Positions 20,877 to 31,316 of a DNA stretch of 64,000 nt are shown here, piece by piece (position 1 is the first letter of the stretch; each line of letters opens with the position of its first letter). Below the pieces are notes generated by a model. The model was not told the DNA's origin and searched no databases. It worked only from the letters and a program-made list of their open reading frames with translations. The position numbers and the translations under genes were made by a program. The stretch lies in contig CBDAOB010000005.1 of the NCBI GenBank assembly GCA_965197905.1, positions 2,240,001 to 2,304,000 on the forward strand, given 5' to 3'. Origin of the DNA: Candidatus Latescibacterota bacterium. GTDB taxonomy: Bacteria > Latescibacterota > UBA2968 > UBA8231.

Positions 20877-21560
20877 ATGCTTGAGGGCGAACAACTTATT
20901 GATATTAAAGAGGTTGCCGATACATTTGGCAAATCTGTAGAGTCGATCAGGAAATACAAGAACTTTGGCATAATTCGAGTTTCAGATAAACGTGGCAATA
21001 AGGATCTGTTTGATCGCGAGGAGATCTTGAGCATCCGAGATCGGATTCGCGATTTGCGTCTGAAGGGTTTGTCCCTTTCACAGATCGCCGATCAACTCGA
21101 TATCGCGCGCCGGGATGATTTTCCTCGTTCCGAGCCGAGTGCCCCCGTTCCAGGGGAGGCTCGCAATCCTGACGGGCCGCTCAAGGTTCTCGTCGTCGAT
21201 GACGAGTCAGAGGTCCGCGCCAGCTTGGGCGAGTTTCTGGAAGGAAACGGTTATGTTGTATGTGAGGCCGCAGATGGTGAAGAAGCGCTCGCCATGACCT
21301 TCACGGAGAAGCCGGATCTGATCCTGCTGGACTTGCGCCTTCCAAAGGTTGATGGCTATCAGGTTTGTCAGACCTTGAAAGGAAACCCGATTACCTCGGG
21401 AATTCCGATAATCATGATTACGGCGCTAAATGCCACCCCCCAAAAGGTGAAGGGCATCGAATTTGGCGCCGACGACTACGTGGAAAAACCGTTCGATCTG
21501 GATGAACTCGTGGCGCGGATGAAGATGGTTGCACGCCGAGTGTACACGCAGCAAGCCTAG
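20877..21560 (+). CDS. MerR-type HTH fused to a response-regulator receiver domain
   Basis: IKEVADTFGKSVESIRKY...GII...KGLSLSQIA, then VLVVDDE, ILLDLRLP, MITA and DDYVEKPF. RBS GAGGAG precedes ATG 20877. Confidence 0.88.
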   Translation: MLEGEQLIDIKEVADTFGKSVESIRKYKNFGIIRVSDKRGNKDLFDREEILSIRDRIRDLRLKGLSLSQIADQLDIARRDDFPRSEPSAPVPGEARNPDGPLKVLVVDDESEVRASLGEFLEGNGYVVCEAADGEEALAMTFTEKPDLILLDLRLPKVDGYQVCQTLKGNPITSGIPIIMITALNATPQKVKGIEFGADDYVEKPFDLDELVARMKMVARRVYTQQA

Positions 21561-21563
21561 GCG

Positions 21564-22241
21564 CTAGCCCACATCGGGAGCTATGGTGGCATCGCTGAGA
21601 ATCACGATGTTGCGACCACTGCATTCGATGTAACCCTGCTCCTCCAGCTGCTTGAGCACGCGGGTGACGGTTTCTCTGGTGGTTCTGGACATTTGCGCCA
21701 GCTGCTGGTGGGTGGGGCGATTCTTTAGCAACACCCCGTGCTCCTCCTGTTCGCCCCCCTCGTTGGCGAGCTGAAGCAAGGTCTTCGACACGCGGTTGGT
21801 TACGTCGAGCAGAGCCAGGCCCGCAATATTGTAGTCGACCTTGCGCAAACGAGAGGCCAGCTCGGTCAGCAGGCCGATTACGATCGAAGGTTTTTCCGTT
21901 ATCAAACGCAGAAAGTCCGGCCGCCTGAGCATGATGAGCTCGGTGGCCTCGGTTGCCGTCACGTCCGCCGAGCGTGGCTTGCCATCCAGTAGCGAGAGCT
22001 CTCCGAAGACCTGGCCGACCCCGAGAAGCGATAGGATCACTTCCCTTCCCCCCTCTCGCGATACGCTCACCTTGACGCGACCCTTCTGAATAATAAAGAA
22101 GGCGTCACCTTGCTGTTCTGCTAGAATGATGGTGCTGCCCCGTCCGAATCGACGGCTGGTGGTGTTCTTGGCGACGGCTGCTATCTCCTCGCCGCTCAAC
22201 CCTCTGAACAGTGAGACGTTGCGCAGAAAAGCTTCGGTCAT
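21564..22241 (-). CDS. Crp/Fnr family transcriptional regulator
   Basis: cNMP-binding FGELSLLDGKPRSADV; HTH PTHQQLAQMSRTTRETVTRVL. Confidence 0.93.
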   Translation of the reverse strand: MTEAFLRNVSLFRGLSGEEIAAVAKNTTSRRFGRGSTIILAEQQGDAFFIIQKGRVKVSVSREGGREVILSLLGVGQVFGELSLLDGKPRSADVTATEATELIMLRRPDFLRLITEKPSIVIGLLTELASRLRKVDYNIAGLALLDVTNRVSKTLLQLANEGGEQEEHGVLLKNRPTHQQLAQMSRTTRETVTRVLKQLEEQGYIECSGRNIVILSDATIAPDVG

Positions 22242-22247
22242 GATCCG

Positions 22248-24242
22248 TTAAACCGAACTCTCCGCCCGCAGGCGGGTGATCTCGTCTCTAAGATGAGCTG
22301 CCTTCTCGAAATCGAGCTCTCCCGCAGCCGCTTTCATCTGTTTCTCCAGGTCCGCCACCACCTCCTCGACATCCGTCACGACCCCATAGTCGATGGTGGG
22401 CTCGTTTGCGGTTGAGAGTTGGGCTCCCTTCACCCGCTCCAGGACAGAGGTGGTTTGCAGGATCTCCTCGCGCGTCCGATAGATCGTTTCCGGAATGATC
22501 CCGTGGTCCTCGTTGTGCTCGTTCTGAATCGCCCGGCGGCGCTCGGTTTCGCCAATCGCTCGCTGCATCGACTTCGTCACCTTGTCGGCATAGAAGATAA
22601 CCAGACCCGCCACATTTCGGGCAGCTCGACCAACGGTCTGGACCAGGGCCTGTTCAGAGCGGAGAAACCCTTCCTTGTCAGCATCAAGCACGGCAACCAA
22701 CGAGACCTCGGGAAGATCCAACCCTTCGCGCAGCAGGTTTACCCCAACCAGCACGTCGAATTCGCCCAACCGCAGATCACGGAGGATCTCCACTCGCTCC
22801 AGGGTTTCGATGTCGGAATGCAGATAACGCACCTTGATATCCATCTGTTCCAGATAGTCGGTCAGCTTTTCGGCCATCTTCTTCGTAAGCGTCGTAACCA
22901 GGACCCGTTCCCGACGCTCGGAGCGGACCCGTATCTCCTCAATCAGGTCGTCGATCTGGCCTTGCAGAGGTCGAACGACGATGGTGGGATCCACCAGCCC
23001 GGTCGGCCTGATCACCTGTTCCACAAACACGCCGTTGGAGCGCTGCAACTCGTAGGGTCCCGGCGTGGCGGACACGAATACGGTTGTTCCCATCTGCCCC
23101 TCGAATTCCTCGAAAACCAGCGGCCGGTTGTCATAGGCCGAGGGCAGGCGGAAGCCGTGCTCAACGAGCGAATCCTTGCGCGAGCGGTCCCCCCGCCACA
23201 TCCCCCTGACCTGAGGTATGGTCACGTGAGATTCGTCGATGAACAGCAAATAATCCTCCGGGAAGTAGTCCATCAGCACGTAAGGCGGTGAACCCGCTTC
23301 CCGCCCATCCATGTAGCGGGTGTAGTTTTCGATACCGGGACAGTATCCGAGCTCGCGGATCATTTCAACGTCATATTTGGTGCGAGTTTCGAGCCTGTGA
23401 GCCTCTACCAGCCTGTCATCGGTGCGCAGGTCGAGCAGGCGTTTCTCCAACTCAACGAGAATGCCCTCGCACGCTTCATTAACCTTTTCTTCATCGGTCA
23501 CGTACGCTTTGGCCGGATACAATGTCGTTTCCGACCGACGCTCGATCACGGTGCCGGCGACCACGTCCACCACCGAAATTTTTTCGATTTCATCGCCGAA
23601 AAGCTCAACCCGGATAGCTCGGTCCTCGGAGGCGGGAACGATCTCAATGATATCCCCCCGCACACGGAAACACCCGCGGCGAAGCTCGAGATCGTTGCGG
23701 TTGTAGTAGATGTCGATCAGATTGCGCAAAATCTGGTCGCGCTCGACGATCTGGCCCACCCGCAGATCTAGCTTCTGCTCCTTGTATTCCCGGGGCGAGC
23801 CGAGACCGTAGATGCAGGAAACCGTAGCAACGATAATGACGTCGCGGCGCTCCAACAAAGCGCTCATTGCCTTGAGGCGCAGACGATCGATCTCCTCGTT
23901 GAGCTCCACCTCTTTTTCGATGTAGGTATCGGTGCTGACTTTGTAGGCTTCGGGTTGATAGTAGTCGTAGTAGCTTACGAAGTACTCCACTGCGTTGTCG
24001 GAGAAATACCCCTGAAACTCCCCGTAAAGCTGGGCGGCCAAGGTCTTGTTGTGCGAGATGACCAGCGCCGGGCGTTGGAGACGCTCGACGATGCAGGCCA
24101 TAGTGAAGGTCTTGCCGCTTCCGGTCACCCCGAGAAGGGTCTGGAACTGATGCCCGGATTCAATTCCTTGTACCAGCTCATCGATCGCTTTCGGCTGATC
24201 GCCACAGGGTGTGTAATCGGATGAGAGTCTGAATTGATCCAT
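22248..24242 (-). CDS. uvrB: Excinuclease ABC subunit B
   Basis: [41 protein letters not shown] and a C-terminal UVR domain. Confidence 0.98.
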   Translation of the reverse strand: MDQFRLSSDYTPCGDQPKAIDELVQGIESGHQFQTLLGVTGSGKTFTMACIVERLQRPALVISHNKTLAAQLYGEFQGYFSDNAVEYFVSYYDYYQPEAYKVSTDTYIEKEVELNEEIDRLRLKAMSALLERRDVIIVATVSCIYGLGSPREYKEQKLDLRVGQIVERDQILRNLIDIYYNRNDLELRRGCFRVRGDIIEIVPASEDRAIRVELFGDEIEKISVVDVVAGTVIERRSETTLYPAKAYVTDEEKVNEACEGILVELEKRLLDLRTDDRLVEAHRLETRTKYDVEMIRELGYCPGIENYTRYMDGREAGSPPYVLMDYFPEDYLLFIDESHVTIPQVRGMWRGDRSRKDSLVEHGFRLPSAYDNRPLVFEEFEGQMGTTVFVSATPGPYELQRSNGVFVEQVIRPTGLVDPTIVVRPLQGQIDDLIEEIRVRSERRERVLVTTLTKKMAEKLTDYLEQMDIKVRYLHSDIETLERVEILRDLRLGEFDVLVGVNLLREGLDLPEVSLVAVLDADKEGFLRSEQALVQTVGRAARNVAGLVIFYADKVTKSMQRAIGETERRRAIQNEHNEDHGIIPETIYRTREEILQTTSVLERVKGAQLSTANEPTIDYGVVTDVEEVVADLEKQMKAAAGELDFEKAAHLRDEITRLRAESSV

Positions 24243-24443
24243 CAGGAAGGGTAGGAATTATGGCAAATTTACCGGCCGCCTGTCGCACTGTCAAGCGACC
24301 ATCTGCGCGGCGGCGGCTTATACCAGATACCTGCCAAATTGGCATGCATTTTCTACAACTGACACTATGACGATTTTTCATGGAGTCTAAGTAATTCTCG
24401 TAAGACGTTGTTTATATAAGCTTTGTTAGCCTCGTAATGACGG

Positions 24444-24459
24444 TGGCACTTCGATTGCT
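24444..24459 (+). promoter_or_regulatory. sigma54 (-24/-12) promoter upstream of dnaK
   Basis: TGGCACTTCGATTGCT with exact GG-N10-GC spacing; IHF-like site at 24401-24413 (reverse AAACAACGTCTTA). Confidence 0.72.
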
Positions 24460-24510
24460 ATTACCCGAACATCGACCAGGAACGAATCCAACCTCGGGAG
24501 AGAGGAATTA

Positions 24511-26436
24511 ATGGCTAAGGTAATCGGTATCGATTTGGGCACGACGAATTCGTGTGTGGCGGTAATCGAAGGCAAGGAGCCGGAGGTGATCGCCAATGCG
24601 GAGGGGGGTCGTACGACGCCCTCGATGGTGGCCTTTTCTACGGATGGGGAGCGTTTGGTGGGTCAGACGGCCAAACGCCAGGCGGTAACCAACCCGCAAA
24701 ACACAGTGTTTTCGATCAAACGTTTCATGGGTCGGCGTCACCAAGAGGTGGGCACGGAGATCACCGAGGTGCCGTATGCGGTGGTGAAAGGGGCTCGTGA
24801 TATGGCGGTGGTGGAGGCGGGGGCAAAGTCGTATAGCCCTCCGGAGCTGTCGGCGATGGTGCTGCAGAAGATGCGTCAGACGGCGGAGGATTATCTGGGC
24901 GAGGAGGTGCAGCAGGCGGTGATCACGGTGCCGGCGTATTTCAACGACGCGCAGCGGCAGGCGACCAAGGATGCCGGTGCGATTGCCGGGTTGGAGGTGT
25001 TGCGCATCGTCAACGAGCCGACGGCGGCGGCGTTGGCGTATGGGCTGGACAAACCGGGTAAGAGTGAGAAGATCGCGGTGTATGATCTGGGTGGGGGGAC
25101 CTTCGATGTGTCGATTCTGGAGTTGGGGGACGGAGTGTTCGAGGTCAAGTCGACCAACGGCGACACCCACTTGGGGGGCGACGATTTCGATCAGGCGCTG
25201 ATCGATTTTCTGGCGGACGAGTTTCAACAAGAGCAAGGCATCGACCTGCGCCAGGACCCGATGGCGTTGCAGCGTTTGAAGGAGGCGGCGGAGAAAGCCA
25301 AGTGCGAGCTTTCCTCGGCCAATCAGACCGAGATCAACCTGCCGTTTATCACCGCCGACCAGAGCGGTCCCAAGCATGTGCAGAAGAGCCTGAGTCGGGC
25401 GCAGTTCGAGCGTCTGGTGGACCCTTTGATCGCGCGCACCGAGGGTCCGTGCCAGCAGGCGCTCAAGGACGCGGGTTTGGCGGCGTCTGAGATCGACGAG
25501 GTGATTCTGGTGGGCGGTTCGACGCGTATTCCCAAGGTGCAGGAACGGGTGCAGGGACTGTTTGGGCGCGAGCCGCACAAGGGGGTGAATCCGGACGAGG
25601 TGGTGGCGTTGGGGGCGGCGATCCAGGCGGGGGTTTTGGCGGGGGACGTGGAGGACGTGCTGTTGCTGGATGTGACGCCGTTGTCGTTGGGGATCGAGAC
25701 CTTGGGTGGGGTGATGACCAAGCTGATCGAGCGCAACACCACGATTCCGACGAAGAAGAGCCAGATTTTCTCGACCGCGGCGGACAACCAGCCGTCGGTG
25801 GAGGTGCACGTTTTGCAGGGGGAGCGCGAGTTTGCCAACGACAACCGCACCCTGGGGCGTTTTCACCTGGACGGGATTCCGCCGGCGCCGCGGGGCATGC
25901 CGCAGGTGGAGGTGACCTTCGACATCGACGCCAACGGCATTCTGCACGTGGGGGCCAAGGACAAAGGCACCAACAAGGAGCAGAGCATCCGCATCGAAGC
26001 CTCCACCGGCCTGTCGGAGGAGGAGGTGTCGCGGATGCAGGAGGAAGCCGAGAGCCATGCCGAGGACGACCAGCAACGGCGGGCGCAGGTGGACAAACGC
26101 AACGAAGCTGATCAACTGGTCTACGCCACCGAGAAATCGCTGACCGAGCACGGGGACAAGCTCGAAGCGGCGGAGCGCACCGCGGTGGAGGAGGCCATTG
26201 CGGCGGTGAAGAAAGCGTTGGAAGAAAACGACGACGACGGCTTGACGGCGGTCGTGGAGCGTCTCACCGAGGCGTCGCACAAACTCGCCGAGATCCTCTA
26301 CCAGGAAGCCCAGGCGCAACAGCCCCCCCCGGGCGGCGATCAAGGGGCGCCCCCCAACCCCGACGACGCAGCTCCACCCCCGCAGGACGACGGGGCGGTC
26401 GATGCCGACTTCGAGGTCGTCGACGACAAGAAGTGA
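24511..26436 (+). CDS. dnaK: Molecular chaperone DnaK (Hsp70)
   Basis: [51 protein letters not shown] and C-terminal [11 protein letters not shown]. Confidence 0.98.
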   Translation: MAKVIGIDLGTTNSCVAVIEGKEPEVIANAEGGRTTPSMVAFSTDGERLVGQTAKRQAVTNPQNTVFSIKRFMGRRHQEVGTEITEVPYAVVKGARDMAVVEAGAKSYSPPELSAMVLQKMRQTAEDYLGEEVQQAVITVPAYFNDAQRQATKDAGAIAGLEVLRIVNEPTAAALAYGLDKPGKSEKIAVYDLGGGTFDVSILELGDGVFEVKSTNGDTHLGGDDFDQALIDFLADEFQQEQGIDLRQDPMALQRLKEAAEKAKCELSSANQTEINLPFITADQSGPKHVQKSLSRAQFERLVDPLIARTEGPCQQALKDAGLAASEIDEVILVGGSTRIPKVQERVQGLFGREPHKGVNPDEVVALGAAIQAGVLAGDVEDVLLLDVTPLSLGIETLGGVMTKLIERNTTIPTKKSQIFSTAADNQPSVEVHVLQGEREFANDNRTLGRFHLDGIPPAPRGMPQVEVTFDIDANGILHVGAKDKGTNKEQSIRIEASTGLSEEEVSRMQEEAESHAEDDQQRRAQVDKRNEADQLVYATEKSLTEHGDKLEAAERTAVEEAIAAVKKALEENDDDGLTAVVERLTEASHKLAEILYQEAQAQQPPPGGDQGAPPNPDDAAPPPQDDGAVDADFEVVDDKK

Positions 26437-26439
26437 ACG

Positions 26440-26470
26440 AAGAGGCCGGCCCACGGCGGGCCGACCTCTT
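26440..26470. terminator. Hairpin between convergent dnaK and Zn-dehydrogenase genes
   Basis: AAGAGGcCGGCCC-acggc-GGGCCGaCCTCTT inverted repeat. Confidence 0.6.
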
Positions 26471-27501
26471 CAATTCGGTCTCAAGAGGACTTTTATCCCT
26501 TCCCTATTCTCGGCCACAGAGAAGGCGCGCTCCCACTCACTGAGGGGGAATTCGTCGGAAATGAGGCGCTCGGCCGGGATCTTCCCGTCCCCCATCAATC
26601 GCAACGCGCGCTTCCAAGACGGACGCCGTTGGGCCAATCCGCCGGTAACCTGAAGCTCCTTGTAAGCGATCTGCTCGAAGTTGACCTCGATAGGTTTGCC
26701 GGGAAGACCCATCTGCACGTATTTACCGCGCTTGCGCACGAGATTCAACCCCAGTTGAACCGCCGCCGCATTACCTGCGCACTCAACCACAATATCGGCG
26801 CCATATCCGCCACTCAAGCGGTTGATTTCTTCTACGGGATCCCCCTCCTCTACGACGCATACATGCTGGACTCCCAAATCCTGCGCACACGACAGCCGAG
26901 GGCGATCTGACTCGGTGCCGCAGACCGCGACGGTTCCCCCTTCCGCCAGGGCCACCAGACTGGCCAGCAGTCCGACGGGACCCGGTCCCACCACGGCCAC
27001 GAAGTCACCGGCACTCACCCCGGCCTGTTCGATCACGGCGTGCACACAGCACGCAAGAAGTTCGGTTAGAGCTCCCGCTTCGAACGAAACATTTGCGGGA
27101 AGGCGATGGACGAATCTGGCATTGCAATAGGGAGCAAAACTACCATTGAACCAATATCCGAGGACCCGGCGCTGGGGACACAAGTTGTAATACTCGCTGC
27201 GACAGTAGGGACAGACCCCGCAGATGGAGATGGAAGGCTCGCCGGTAACCCGGTCCCCAAGCTCGATCGCGTCTTCGAAATCGGAACCGATGTCAACCAC
27301 CACACCACTAAACTCGTGCCCCATTACCACCGGGGTGCGTATCGGGTAGTTTATGGTGTCGTGGTAGATGTGGATGTCAGATCCGCAGATACCGGTGGCC
27401 TTGATCTCAACTTTGACCTGATCGGGAGCTAAAGGCGACTGCTCCACATCCCGGTAATCGACGAAACCGTTGCCACGCTCGTGTTTGACGACCCCCTTCA
27501 A
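26470..27501 (-). CDS. Zinc-binding dehydrogenase (sorbitol/iditol dehydrogenase-like MDR)
   Basis: GICGSDIH, GHEFSG, CGVCPYC...C and VGPGPVG. Probable TTG start at 27501. Confidence 0.9.
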   Translation of the reverse strand: MKGVVKHERGNGFVDYRDVEQSPLAPDQVKVEIKATGICGSDIHIYHDTINYPIRTPVVMGHEFSGVVVDIGSDFEDAIELGDRVTGEPSISICGVCPYCRSEYYNLCPQRRVLGYWFNGSFAPYCNARFVHRLPANVSFEAGALTELLACCVHAVIEQAGVSAGDFVAVVGPGPVGLLASLVALAEGGTVAVCGTESDRPRLSCAQDLGVQHVCVVEEGDPVEEINRLSGGYGADIVVECAGNAAAVQLGLNLVRKRGKYVQMGLPGKPIEVNFEQIAYKELQVTGGLAQRRPSWKRALRLMGDGKIPAERLISDEFPLSEWERAFSVAENREGIKVLLRPN

Positions 27502-27511
27502 GAGCGCCCCA

Positions 27512-28552
27512 CTACTGATCCTCCGCGCCCATGAGCCGCAGCCGATCGCCCGGCTGGATTTTCCCCTCACCGTCAAGTACGCGCACGCTGGCGAGGCGAG
27601 CGCCGATGATCTCCTGCACCTCTACGACGGCGATGTGCTTCCGTGTGTTCAGACGGTCCTTCTCCGCCCTGTCGGGACCGGGATACACCTTGAACCGGTA
27701 CGCTACGCGCAATTTGTTTTCGCTGCCGATGTTGATGTACACCTCGTCTTCGTGCACTGACAGAATCTCGCCAGGTTGTCCATCCATCTTCAGCGAGCTG
27801 GGTCTGAGGAGTTCCGTGAATTGTTGAATCAGAAGCTGCATGGCGGTGTCGGTCACCTGGCCAATGGCGGTGGTGGAAAACTCCTCGGAGCCGAACACCA
27901 TCTTGTGAAGGCTCATGAACTGTCTGTCCTGATCGCGAGGTTTGCCCAATAGATTCAACCCCAGTCCCCGGTCCACCGATTCCTCGTTGGCCGCCACGGT
28001 ACCCAACACAGAGCTGTCCAGAACGCGGATAGCCCGCAGCTCCAGTTCCGCGATTCCCGAATAAGACTTGTAGCCACCGACCATCGGGTCACCGACGGAA
28101 ATTCGACTCAAATCATACTCGAGAATCGTGCCCATTAGAATGATGTCGGCTTCAGCCGAATCACCGGCAGCCACGGCATTTTGGTCGGTAGGTTTCTCCC
28201 AGGGACTCGTCAGCTCATCCACCACCTTCCAGGGCACAACGTGCCAGTCGGGTGAATTGTCCATTCTCTCGCTCAGCAGGCGAGCCATTTCCCGCTCTAA
28301 ATCCCATACCCCTTTGCGGAAGCTGGATTTGTTTCGAAAAGGCATCACTGCCACGTAAGGCAGGGGAATATTCGCCGTATCGGGCAAGAGAGCTTTTATG
28401 CGCAGGTATTTCGACAACGCTTCGCGCACCGGCGCCTGCTCCTGCGTTTCCGAGTCTCCCTCGGCCGATTTGGAGAAATCGATTCCCAGTTCGCGCATGT
28501 AGGCGCAACCGGTCGTACAGACGGCCAGTGTTAGGGCGAGCAGGCGGATCAT
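27512..28552 (-). CDS. Lipoprotein with a CsgG/FlgT-like fold
   Basis: Lipobox TTGC; VAVMPF.N, ADIILMGTILEYD; C-terminal VYINIG...GDRL resembling the FlgT C-terminal domain. Confidence 0.65.
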   Translation of the reverse strand: MIRLLALTLAVCTTGCAYMRELGIDFSKSAEGDSETQEQAPVREALSKYLRIKALLPDTANIPLPYVAVMPFRNKSSFRKGVWDLEREMARLLSERMDNSPDWHVVPWKVVDELTSPWEKPTDQNAVAAGDSAEADIILMGTILEYDLSRISVGDPMVGGYKSYSGIAELELRAIRVLDSSVLGTVAANEESVDRGLGLNLLGKPRDQDRQFMSLHKMVFGSEEFSTTAIGQVTDTAMQLLIQQFTELLRPSSLKMDGQPGEILSVHEDEVYINIGSENKLRVAYRFKVYPGPDRAEKDRLNTRKHIAVVEVQEIIGARLASVRVLDGEGKIQPGDRLRLMGAEDQ

Positions 28553-28701
28553 AGTCTATATTCCAACGGAGTTTAGGTTTAACGTGAGCGACAACGCGCT
28601 CTTAGTATAGCAGAGCACGTTCGTTAATACAAAAAGCACCTTCCGATCCAAAATCAACACCATGGGCACCTCCACAAACACGCCGGGATCGCGCCGATAG
28701 C

Positions 28702-30743
28702 ATGAACTCATTCGAGTCCTCCGAATTGGGTAGTGCGCTCAAAGCACGCTCGAAAACAGGAGTTCTCCTCACCCTGCTGTTTGCAGTTAATCCGACCGGT
28801 GCGGAGATCGACCTCACCCACTTGAGCATCGAGCAGTTGATGGAAGTGGAAGTCGAGCTGGCCTCCAGAAAGCCACAAAGAATCAGTGACATCGCCGCCG
28901 CCATCTCTGTTCTGACGGACGAGGACCTTCGCCACTCGGGCGTTCGCACCATCCCCGACGCGTTGCGCGTTGTGCCGGGCCTCCAGATCGCGGCTGTTGA
29001 CGCTAACAAGTGGGTCGTCACGGCGCGCGGCTTCACCGGCCTCTTCGCCAACAAGCTGCTGGTTCAGATCGATGGTCGCACGGTCTATACGCCTTTTTTC
29101 TCCGGAGTGTTTTGGGAATCTAAGGATGTGGTTCTCGCCGACATCGATCGCATAGAGGTGATACGCGGACCCGGCGGCACCATGTGGGGGGCCAATGCGG
29201 TGAACGGCATCGTGAATGTTGTCACCAAGAGTGCTGCTGAGACACCCGGCCTCTTGTTCGAAGGCGGCGCCGGCCTCGAGGAAGAACGCTTCGCCACCTT
29301 GCGTTACGGCCGCCGCGTGAGGGAGGACGTCGCGGTGCGCGGATACGTCAAATATTTTCGCCGAGACGCTTCCACGGCTGCTGGGGTCCACCGCGTAGAA
29401 GACGGATGGGACGCGGGACGGGCCGGTTTGCGCATGGATTGGGCGGCCACCAAAACCGACGAACTCACCCTCATTTCGAATGCGTACCGGGGTACAATAG
29501 GGCAGGGCGTCTCTCTCATCACCTCGCCCTCTGCGCCGTTTGATCAGCCGGTGTACGCCGATGCCAAGATCAACGGACAGGCTGTGTTGGGACGATGGCA
29601 GCGGAAGCTGCATGGCGAATCGGCTGCCACCCTCCAGTCTACCTAGATCGATCCGAGCGCAAAGATATTCGGATTTCCGGAATCGTCGAGAATGCAGACT
29701 TGGACTTTCAGCATCGGTCCCACCCGATCGAACGCCACGATCTCGTCTGGGGGCTCGGCTATCGACGAACCAGCGACGATTTCAAGACAGTCTTTCCCAT
29801 ATCGTTAACGCCTCGAAGCCGCAGCATGCAGCTATTCAACGGGTTTCTGCAGGACCAAGTAACCCTCGTTCCGCAGAAACTCAGACTTGCTGTCGGCTCC
29901 AAATTGGAACACAACGACTACTCGGGATTCGAGGTACAGCCCAGCATTCGATTGTGGTGGTCTCCGCGAGGCCACCACGTGTTCTGGGCTTCCCTCTCCC
30001 GCGCCCTGCGCACCCCATCCAGGGCGGACAACGACATCCACGCGATCGTCAATGCGATCCCGGCCGGCAGTCTGTACGACGGTTCTCCGGTGAGTCTCGT
30101 CGAATTGCGCGGAAGCCGGGAGTTTGATTCCGAAACAGTGCGCGCCTTTGATATCGGGTACCGGTCGCGCATCGGCACTCGTCTACTGTTCGACCTGGCT
30201 GGATTTCAGTACTCCTACGGCAAGCTGCGCACCAATGAGCTGGGCGCAACCGTGCTACGAGACGAGCCTAGCCCGTACGTCTTGTTGCCCATCATCATCG
30301 GCAACGACGCAGATGGAAATACGGCAGGTGTCGAATGGTCGCTCGAGTATCGTCCTACATTGAACACCCGCTTGCAGTTGGGTTATACCTACCTGCACAT
30401 GAGCCTCAATGTTGTCGAGGACGGCATCAGCGGTTTTACCGTGGACTCGGAGAAGGAGTCGCCCACACAGCAAATCGTCATGCGCTCGTCTGCCGATTTG
30501 TTCCGCAACGCCCACGTCGATCTCATCGCCCGCTACGTGGACGAAATCCCCGTCCAGAACATATCCGATTACCTGGCGTTGGATATTCGCCTGGCATTGC
30601 GCACCAGCGATACAACTGAGCTCTCCGTCGTTTCCCGCAATCTGCTCGCTGGCACACACGCCGAGTACATCGCACCGGCTTCGGGGACCTTGCCCGCCAA
30701 GGTGCAGACGAGCCTCTTCGCCGTTTTGCGACTGAGACTGTAG
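28702..30743 (+). pseudogene. TonB-dependent receptor, frameshifted near 29638 (possibly a sequencing indel)
   Basis: Plug motifs LSIEQLMEVEV, DALRVVPG, IDRIEVIRGPGGTMWGANAVNG in ORF 28702..29646. The barrel continues in ORF 29595..30743 (YLDRSER...LFAVLRLRL). Confidence 0.85.
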
Positions 30744-30746
30744 CGC

Positions 30747-31316
30747 ATGGCTCCCGTATTTAGAGTTGTCTCGTCCCCACGCCGTGGTTGGCTGTGGGCG
30801 ATCGTTGCTGCCTTTCTGTTATATGCTCCGATCCATGCCCAACAGCCGTCGGAGTACGAGGTCAAGGCAGCGTATCTCTACAACTTCGCCAACTTCGTCG
30901 AGTGGCCCGAGACATCACATCCAGAAACCTCCCCTACCCTGAACATCGGAATCCTTGGGAGCGACCCGTTCGGCTCGGCCTTCGAAACCATTAAAGGCAA
31001 GAAGATTCGCGACAAGACCGTCGCGATCCATCGTTCGCATAGACTCGCCGATCTACGGGATTCTCAAATCCTGTTCATCGGTAACTCCGAGCGTGGTTTC
31101 CTACCGCAGATCCTCGCCGAGCTTAGTGGCCGCAGCGTGCTCACCGTGGGTGAATCGGAAGGGTTTACCGAGCAGGGTGTGATTATCGACTTCTACACGA
31201 TTGACAATAAGGTTCGCTTCAAGATCAACGTAGAGGCGGGCACTCGGTCCGGGCTGAAACTGAGCTCGAAATTGCTGAAGCTCGCGCAAATCGTCACGAC
31301 GCAGGAGAAGCCGTAG
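30747..31316 (+). CDS. YfiR family periplasmic protein (DUF4154)
   Basis: SEYEVKAAYLYNFANFVEWP...GSDPFG...KVRFKIN...LSSKLLKLA. Confidence 0.9.
   Translation: MAPVFRVVSSPRRGWLWAIVAAFLLYAPIHAQQPSEYEVKAAYLYNFANFVEWPETSHPETSPTLNIGILGSDPFGSAFETIKGKKIRDKTVAIHRSHRLADLRDSQILFIGNSERGFLPQILAELSGRSVLTVGESEGFTEQGVIIDFYTIDNKVRFKINVEAGTRSGLKLSSKLLKLAQIVTTQEKP

Noticed and set aside
24339..24356. Second sigma54-like box TTGGCATGCATTTTCT (also TGGCAC near 47640 and 51793)
   Set aside because: Each lacks the GC at the -12 position.
24508..26454. 648-aa ORF antisense to dnaK
   Set aside because: Well-known in-register antisense shadow of hsp70 genes in GC-rich DNA; no independent evidence of coding.
29630..29650. 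Programmed frameshift or phase variation in the TonB receptor
   Set aside because: No slippery heptamer or long simple repeat; similar one-base indels in unrelated neighbouring genes point to sequencing error.
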